NCBI GenBank assembly: GCA_001897535.1
Contig: MKTC01000019.1
Coordinates: forward strand, 26,535 to 90,534
Reading direction: 5' to 3'
DNA from: Bacteroidetes bacterium 37-13
Lineage (GTDB): Bacteria; Bacteroidota; Bacteroidia; Chitinophagales; LD1
DNA: 64,000 bases
Below are positions 58,598 to 64,000 of the stretch, piece by piece; the first letter of the stretch is position 1; the number at the start of each line of letters is the position of its first letter. Both the position numbers and the translations under genes were made by a program. The notes below the pieces were generated by a model. The model saw only the letters and a list, made by a program, of their open reading frames with translations. It was not told where the DNA came from and made no database searches.

Positions 58598-59230
58598 ATG
58601 CAGAAACTTACAGAAGCAGAATTTACGGAACTTAAAAATACAAATGTTCTTCTTTTAGATGTTCGCCCAATTGAAGAAGCAACCGAAAATATTATTGCAA
58701 ACGCATTGAATATTCCATTCGGAGAATCATTTTTAGAAACCTTTCAAACGCTGGTGAATAATGAAAGAGCAGTTGTGCTGATTGGCAATAGCAACAATGC
58801 TGCAAAAGCTATACGAGCCATTTCAGGAAGTGGATTTTCTAATTTAAAAGGATATGTTTTAGCTAATGAATTAACGCAAACGCCAACTTCAGTTTTAATT
58901 ACCTTGGAAGCCGATGAGTTTGCAATGGATTTTAACTATGATGATTTTTATTTGATTGATGTAAGAAATGCCGATGAATTTAATGCCGCTCATATTGAGT
59001 TTGCAGAAAATATTTCATTAGATGATATGGAAACTATGTCGCAAGATTTTAAAGAAGATATGCGAATTTATGTAGTTGGTGCAACTGCCGAACAAGCATT
59101 CACAGCAGCATCTATTTTAAAGCGAAATGGCATGGAACTCACACGTGCAGTTGTCGCTAATTTTGAAGAATTTGAACAACTTGGCTTGCCCATGATTAAA
59201 CCTAAAAAAGATAAACAAGCTAAGGCTTAA
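58598..59230 (+). CDS. Tandem rhodanese-homology-domain protein, apparently lacking catalytic cysteines
   Basis: Two RHOD-like halves ('LLLDVRPIEE...' and 'YLIDVRNADEFNAAHI'). The active-site loop positions read 'LIGNSNNAAKA' and 'VVGATAEQAFTA' with no Cys. ATG at 58598 is preferred over the track TTG at 58559. Confidence 0.65.
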   Translation: MQKLTEAEFTELKNTNVLLLDVRPIEEATENIIANALNIPFGESFLETFQTLVNNERAVVLIGNSNNAAKAIRAISGSGFSNLKGYVLANELTQTPTSVLITLEADEFAMDFNYDDFYLIDVRNADEFNAAHIEFAENISLDDMETMSQDFKEDMRIYVVGATAEQAFTAASILKRNGMELTRAVVANFEEFEQLGLPMIKPKKDKQAKA

Positions 59231-59243
59231 CTGCAATTTTAAG

Positions 59244-60893
59244 ATGGATTTTTCGCAGCATAATAGAATACATTTTTCCGAGAAACTTAAGAACGAAACA
59301 TTTGACCTTTTAGTGATTGGCGGAGGCATCACCGGCTGTGGAATTGCTTTAGATGCAGCACTTCGCGGAATGAAAGTAGCGCTTATTGAAAAGCACGATT
59401 TTGGATGGGGAACCAGCAGCCGCTCTACTAAATTAATACATGGCGGCTTGCGTTATTTAAAGCAGCTGGAACTAAAATTGGTTCACGATGTTGGGCGCGA
59501 AAGAGCAGTGGTTTATCACAATGCAATGCACGTTGTAATTCCCGAAAAAATGCTTCTTCCAATAGTGCATAATGGCTCTTTGGGAAAGCAAACCTCTTCT
59601 TTCGGTTTATGGATTTACGACATGCTTGCCGGAGTAAAAAATTCAGAGAGGCGCAAGATGCTTTCTAAGCATGAAACACAAATGGCAGAGCCACTTTTAG
59701 ATGAAAAAAAGTTACTCGGTGGAGGTTTGTATTATGAATATAGAACCGATGATGCACGTTTGGTAATTGAGTTGGCAAAAACGGCTTTCAGGCATGGTGC
59801 AACGCTACTCAACTACTGCGAGTTAAAGAGTTTTAATAAAAATGAACAAGGCAAAATTGAAAGCGTGGTTGCGACAGATCATATTTCAAAATCGAGCTTT
59901 GAAATTAAAGCCAAGTATATTGTAAATGCTTGCGGCCCTTGGGTTGATTTATTAAGGAAAGAAGATGAAAGTTTAAAAGGCAAGCGACTACAGCTTACTA
60001 AAGGCGTTCACATTGTTTTTCCATTCGAAAAATTGCCGTTGCAGCAAGCTGCTTATTTTGATGTGGCTGATGGCAGAATGATTTTTGCCATTCCACGAAA
60101 CGGCATTACTTATGTTGGAACCACCGACACTGTTTACAATCAAGATATTGATAAACCGATTGCAACAAAAAGCGATGTGGCGTATTTGTTGAAAGCAATA
60201 AACGAAATGTTTCCAACTATAAAGCTCACACAAGCCGATGTGGTTTCGAGTTGGGCAGGGCTTCGTCCGCTAATTTATGAAGATGGAAAATCAGCATCGG
60301 AACTTTCGCGGAAAGATGAAATTATTATTTCAAATTCAGGACTAATTTCTATTGCCGGAGGAAAGCTTACCGGCTATCGACTTATGGCAAAAAAGATAGT
60401 AGATTTAGTTGCTAAAAATATTGGCAAAGTTGAAGGTAGAACCTTTGGTAATTGCTCAACAAAAAGGCAATGTTTAACCGGAGGAAATTTTTCAACTCCG
60501 GAAGAAGCTGCGCGTTACTTATCTGAACTTCAAAATGAAGCAAATGAAGTTGGTTTTAATAAAGATGAAGTGGAAACTTTGTTTCATAAATACGGAAGCG
60601 AAAGCAAGCAGATTCTATTAAAAGCAAAATTTTATTTTGAAGGTAAAACAGCTAGTGATCCAATGCTTTTAGCGGAGCTTGATTATTGTATTCAGAATGA
60701 AAATATTTTTACCGCTGCCGATTTTTTTATTAGAAGAACGGGTAGTATATTTTTTAACCGCGTGCAAACGCATTTTGAACTTGAGCCAATAAGCCAAAAA
60801 CTTACTAATGAATGGAATTTAAACGAAGCAGAATTGCAGAGTATGCTCAATGAAATTGAAAGTGAATACGCTCAAGCAGTTTCGTTTAATTAA
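59244..60893 (+). CDS. glpD: FAD-dependent glycerol-3-phosphate dehydrogenase
   Basis: 'DLLVIGGGITGCGIALDAALRG', 'GTSSRSTKLIHGGLRYL' and a C-terminal GlpD alpha-helical domain. Confidence 0.85.
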   Translation: MDFSQHNRIHFSEKLKNETFDLLVIGGGITGCGIALDAALRGMKVALIEKHDFGWGTSSRSTKLIHGGLRYLKQLELKLVHDVGRERAVVYHNAMHVVIPEKMLLPIVHNGSLGKQTSSFGLWIYDMLAGVKNSERRKMLSKHETQMAEPLLDEKKLLGGGLYYEYRTDDARLVIELAKTAFRHGATLLNYCELKSFNKNEQGKIESVVATDHISKSSFEIKAKYIVNACGPWVDLLRKEDESLKGKRLQLTKGVHIVFPFEKLPLQQAAYFDVADGRMIFAIPRNGITYVGTTDTVYNQDIDKPIATKSDVAYLLKAINEMFPTIKLTQADVVSSWAGLRPLIYEDGKSASELSRKDEIIISNSGLISIAGGKLTGYRLMAKKIVDLVAKNIGKVEGRTFGNCSTKRQCLTGGNFSTPEEAARYLSELQNEANEVGFNKDEVETLFHKYGSESKQILLKAKFYFEGKTASDPMLLAELDYCIQNENIFTAADFFIRRTGSIFFNRVQTHFELEPISQKLTNEWNLNEAELQSMLNEIESEYAQAVSFN

Positions 60894-60930
60894 ACTTTAA
60901 ACCCTAAAAATAATTTTTAGTCGCAACAAC

Positions 60931-61608
60931 ATGAAATACGCCTTTCTTGTAATTTTATTGCTTAATATTTGTCCTATGTTTTCACAAAACGATGCAAAAA
61001 CTTATGTAGAAGATGAAGCCGATTTGGCGCTGAAAAAAATGAGTAGGCGCTATGAAGCGTTAAGTATAATTTATGCTGAGTTTGAATTGGTTGTAAATAA
61101 CCCCAAAACCAAACCAACTGATGATGAAGCAAAACTCACAACAAAACAGCAAGGTACTATAACTTTAAAAGGCGATAAGTTTTCTCTAAAACTTCCTAAG
61201 CAAGAAATTATTTGCAACGGCAAAAATATTTGGACACTCAATTTCGCTGATAAAGAAACTCAACTAAGCCTATTTGAGGAAAGTGATGATGTGTTTTCGC
61301 CTGCAAAACTTTTCAGCTTTTACAAAACAGGATATTCCTACCAAGTGAAAGAACGGAAGCCGGTAAATGGAAAGAAGGCAATAGTGATAGAAATGAGCCC
61401 TGTGAATAAAAAAACATCATACTTTAAAATAGATGTTACTATTGATATAGCAACTTCTACCTTGTTGCAAACAAAAATATATGCAAAAAATGGCGTGCGT
61501 TATACTTACAATATTATAGCCGAAAAAGATAATCTGACACTACCCGATACAGCATTTGAATATAACACTCAAAAATACCCACAGCTAAAGCTTATAGATT
61601 TACGATAA
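60931..61608 (+). CDS. LolA-like outer-membrane lipoprotein carrier family protein
   Basis: 225 aa with a signal peptide. The beta-rich 'GTITLKGDKFSLKL..QEIICNGKNIWT' pattern is typical of LolA/DUF4367-like half-barrels. Confidence 0.5.
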   Translation: MKYAFLVILLLNICPMFSQNDAKTYVEDEADLALKKMSRRYEALSIIYAEFELVVNNPKTKPTDDEAKLTTKQQGTITLKGDKFSLKLPKQEIICNGKNIWTLNFADKETQLSLFEESDDVFSPAKLFSFYKTGYSYQVKERKPVNGKKAIVIEMSPVNKKTSYFKIDVTIDIATSTLLQTKIYAKNGVRYTYNIIAEKDNLTLPDTAFEYNTQKYPQLKLIDLR

Positions 61609-61883
61609 ACTTATTTTTGTCCATTTTTTAGGCGTTAAATTTTTAAAAATGTGGAAAAAGCAGTAGTTTCGCAGTCCCTCATAATAAATTAACGGACTGA
61701 TTATGAACCGAACTCTAAGGGGTTCTTGTTTTGCTGCAACGGCTTGGCACAATACTTTCAAGTGTAATTGTGTAATGAAAAAGAAGTGTGTTTGCGCTTC
61801 TACTGCACTGTCTGTAACAACTATCAGTTGGTTATCATCATTTTCTGAATCTAAATCCTTTTGTAAATATTAAACTCAATATA

Positions 61884-64000
61884 ATGAGAAAAATTTGCTC
61901 ACTTATTCTATTGTTCTTTGCGTGTTATCAGTTTACGAATGCACAGTGTACGAGCTCAATTGCTTCCGGTCAATCAGGAGCTACAGTTTCTACATGTGGT
62001 GTAAGCCAAAGTATCACCATTCCGCCAACTTCGTGGGGAACTATTGGTACATTAACTAATGGTTGGACATACACAGTTACCTCAACTAACGGAGCGTTTA
62101 TTACCGTAAGGCAAAACAATGGCACAGGAACTGTGATTGGATCAGGAAACACAGCGCTAACTTTCACAAGTAATTTTACAGGCACGGCAGCGGTAATGGT
62201 TTACCAAACCAATAGCTGCACCAATGTGTGGAATGGTAGCTCTTCAATAATTTCATACACAGTTACAAACCCTGTTGCGAGTTCTGTGAGTGTAGCTTCA
62301 AATAGTTGCGGCACGCTTACTTTACAGCGCACAGGTGGCAACGGTACAATTCAATGGGAGCAATCTACAGATGGAATTTCATGGACTCCAACAGGAAATT
62401 TTGGAACAACTTTTGGCATTACAAATAGCAATACCAATAGATATTTTAGTGTTTTAAATTCTAGCGGACCTTGCTCGGTACGTTCTAACATTTTAGATGT
62501 AAACAGTTTAATCGGTTCAGGAATTGTTCCTCCATATTACACAGGAAATTTAACGCTTACTTCTAATGTAACTATGGGTGGAAATTATGTGATAACAGGC
62601 GATTTTACTCTAAATGCAGGTGTAACTATTTTTGAACAAGCAGGTTGCGATTTATCAATTTCAGCCAATAATATTACAATAAACGGAACCATTGATGGCG
62701 TGAATAGAGGACTTGCCGGAGGTTCTGGAGGTGGCTATGGTCAATTATGGTCAGAAGATGGAAGTTCAGATGGAAGAGGAATTACTTATTGCTGGGATAA
62801 AGATAATTGCAGAGAATTAAGACTATATGGTGGTAATGGCGGTGGAGCCGGTGTAGGAGCCGGTGCAGGAAGTGGTGGTGGAACTGCTGCCTATAAAATG
62901 GGAGTAAAGCAAGAATGTAATAATTGGGATGATGATGGTGGAAGAGTAGCCGGAGCAGGTGGAGCAGGTGGCGGAAAAGGTGGTGGCTATGGAGGTAATG
63001 GCGGTAATGCAGCAGTTGGTGGTAGAGGAGGAGATGAAACAGGCTGTAGAACTGCTAGTTGCAGAAGTACAAATGATGTAGGCGGTACAGGTGGTGCAGG
63101 TTCAACAACAGGTGGAGGAACTTACGATAATGCAACAGCATATACAGTATTTATGGGTTCAGGTGGTGGAGGTGCCGGAGGAGGCGGTAGAGGCGCAGGC
63201 GGTACTACAGCATCAGGAGCTGCCGGAGGTAATGGTGGAGGTTCTATTTCTCTTAAATCTTCAGTAAACTTAACTTTAGGTGCATCAGCAGTAATTTCTG
63301 CAAATGGAGGAAATGGAGGAAATGGAGGGAAAGGAGGAGATAGCTATAACACGGGAGAATGTTGTGGTGATTTAAGTGGAGGTTGCGATGAAGTAACATT
63401 CTCGGGTTCCGGAGGTGGTGGCGCAGGTGGTGGTGGTGGCGCAGGTGGTGGTGTGTTACTTTCTGCTTTTGGAAATATGAATTTAACTTCTGGTTCTAAA
63501 TTGAACGCAATTGGAGGAAACGGAGGAAACGGAGGAAACGGAGGTTATGGTGCTTATTTTAATAATGCAACTGCCGGAGGTTCAGGTGGCGGTGGCGGTG
63601 GCGGAAGAATAAAAATATTCATTAACCCATGTGCCAATAATACACTCGCTTCTACTAATACTTATGATGGTGGAACAGGAGCTGCTAATGGTACACGTGG
63701 TACTTATTCTGTAAACAGCCATCCTAATTACACGCCATTGGTAGCAGGAACTGCTGCTTCTTCACAAACAGTAAGTGTGGGGCAAATTCCTACAAATATT
63801 ACTGCTTCTACACCAACAGGAGGAACAGGAAATTATGTGTACGAGTGGTTTCAGTCAACTACAAATTGTGGAGCATCTTTCACTTCGGGTTCATCAACTC
63901 CGCCATCAGGCTGGAATTCAACAGGTATTACTTCTTCTTCATATCCGTTTAACGCTTCATTGTGTCAAACAACTTGCTATGTTAGAAGAGTGCAATCTGG
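61884..64000 (+). CDS. Very large secreted glycine-rich repeat protein (3' end outside the window)
   Basis: ATG at 61884 with signal peptide 'LILLFFACYQFTNAQ'. The frame is open to the window edge (705 codons), so it is missing from the ORF track. It has a long Gly-rich core ('GGNGGGAGVGAGAGSGGG', 'GGNGGNGGKGG', 'GGNGGNGGNGG'). A 'GGTGNYVYEWFQS' Ig-like module, common in giant Bacteroidetes surface proteins, follows. Confidence 0.75.
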   Translation, partial: MRKICSLILLFFACYQFTNAQCTSSIASGQSGATVSTCGVSQSITIPPTSWGTIGTLTNGWTYTVTSTNGAFITVRQNNGTGTVIGSGNTALTFTSNFTGTAAVMVYQTNSCTNVWNGSSSIISYTVTNPVASSVSVASNSCGTLTLQRTGGNGTIQWEQSTDGISWTPTGNFGTTFGITNSNTNRYFSVLNSSGPCSVRSNILDVNSLIGSGIVPPYYTGNLTLTSNVTMGGNYVITGDFTLNAGVTIFEQAGCDLSISANNITINGTIDGVNRGLAGGSGGGYGQLWSEDGSSDGRGITYCWDKDNCRELRLYGGNGGGAGVGAGAGSGGGTAAYKMGVKQECNNWDDDGGRVAGAGGAGGGKGGGYGGNGGNAAVGGRGGDETGCRTASCRSTNDVGGTGGAGSTTGGGTYDNATAYTVFMGSGGGGAGGGGRGAGGTTASGAAGGNGGGSISLKSSVNLTLGASAVISANGGNGGNGGKGGDSYNTGECCGDLSGGCDEVTFSGSGGGGAGGGGGAGGGVLLSAFGNMNLTSGSKLNAIGGNGGNGGNGGYGAYFNNATAGGSGGGGGGGRIKIFINPCANNTLASTNTYDGGTGAANGTRGTYSVNSHPNYTPLVAGTAASSQTVSVGQIPTNITASTPTGGTGNYVYEWFQSTTNCGASFTSGSSTPPSGWNSTGITSSSYPFNASLCQTTCYVRRVQS
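63513..63539 (+). repeat. Perfect 3 x 9-bp tandem repeat (ggaggaaac) inside the glycine-rich CDS
   Basis: Read directly from the sequence; it encodes GGNGGNGGN. A degenerate 4-unit version (aatggagga) lies at 63303-63338. Confidence 0.9.

Noticed and set aside
45776-58600. TTG starts proposed by the track at 45776, 54283 and 58559
   Set aside because: In each case an in-frame ATG 9-39 nt downstream gives a more natural N-terminus, for 54295 a clean signal peptide. The coordinates were adjusted, but the choice remains unverified.
61703-61873. 56-codon Cys-rich small ORF 'MNRTLRGSCFAATAWHNTFKCNCVMKKKCVC...'
   Set aside because: It has no signal peptide, no recognisable motif and no obvious promoter or spacing logic. 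It is kept only as a note within the leader-region finding.
1-64000. CRISPR arrays, rRNA, tRNA, tmRNA, integrases or a defence-island signature
   Set aside because: Reading all spacers longer than 100 bp showed no direct-repeat/spacer periodicity, no tRNA-like T-arm/acceptor patterns, and no recombinase, nuclease-helicase or reverse-transcriptase ORFs. A computational scan (tRNAscan-SE, Infernal, CRISPR finders, defence-system HMMs) would be needed to be certain.

Overview
This is an AT-rich chromosomal segment from a Bacteroidota bacterium. The phylum call rests on gldH, several type A and one type B T9SS C-terminal sorting domains, a -33 TTG / -7 TAnnTTTG promoter before rpsL, and a Bacteroidetes-type LptD. 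All calls come from reading the translations and DNA by eye, with no database search. About 55 genes are present and most are housekeeping. They include lptD-like and an amidase-SPOR gene, psd, tatC, rpiB, dsbD, nadA-nadB, two tandem S41 peptidases, a TonB-dependent receptor, cysK, PSP1/RicT-gldH, rarA, gpmI, the str/S10 ribosomal block (rpsL-rpsG-fusA-rpsJ-rplC), a yqgE-DUF4105-esterase operon, rhodanese and glpD. I saw no rRNA, tRNA or CRISPR array. The accessory content is surface and secretion oriented: a collagen-like GXY-repeat protein, two tandem ~1085-aa PKD/SdrD-B/T9SS adhesin paralogues with a far better conserved C-terminal module and 3' UTR, a type B T9SS cargo, a PAS histidine kinase with a REC-only response regulator, and a very glycine-rich giant protein running off the 3' edge. 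The most unusual structural observation is that the S10 ribosomal operon stops after rplC. A terminator follows, then an orphan T9SS-CTD gene tail and a decayed, internally deleted IS982-type element that keeps its inverted repeats. I found no convincing defence island or self-contained novel system. The strongest candidates for follow-up are the co-directional adhesin/regulator locus at 45.8-58.5 kb and the two unusual repeat proteins at 31.1 kb and 61.9 kb.
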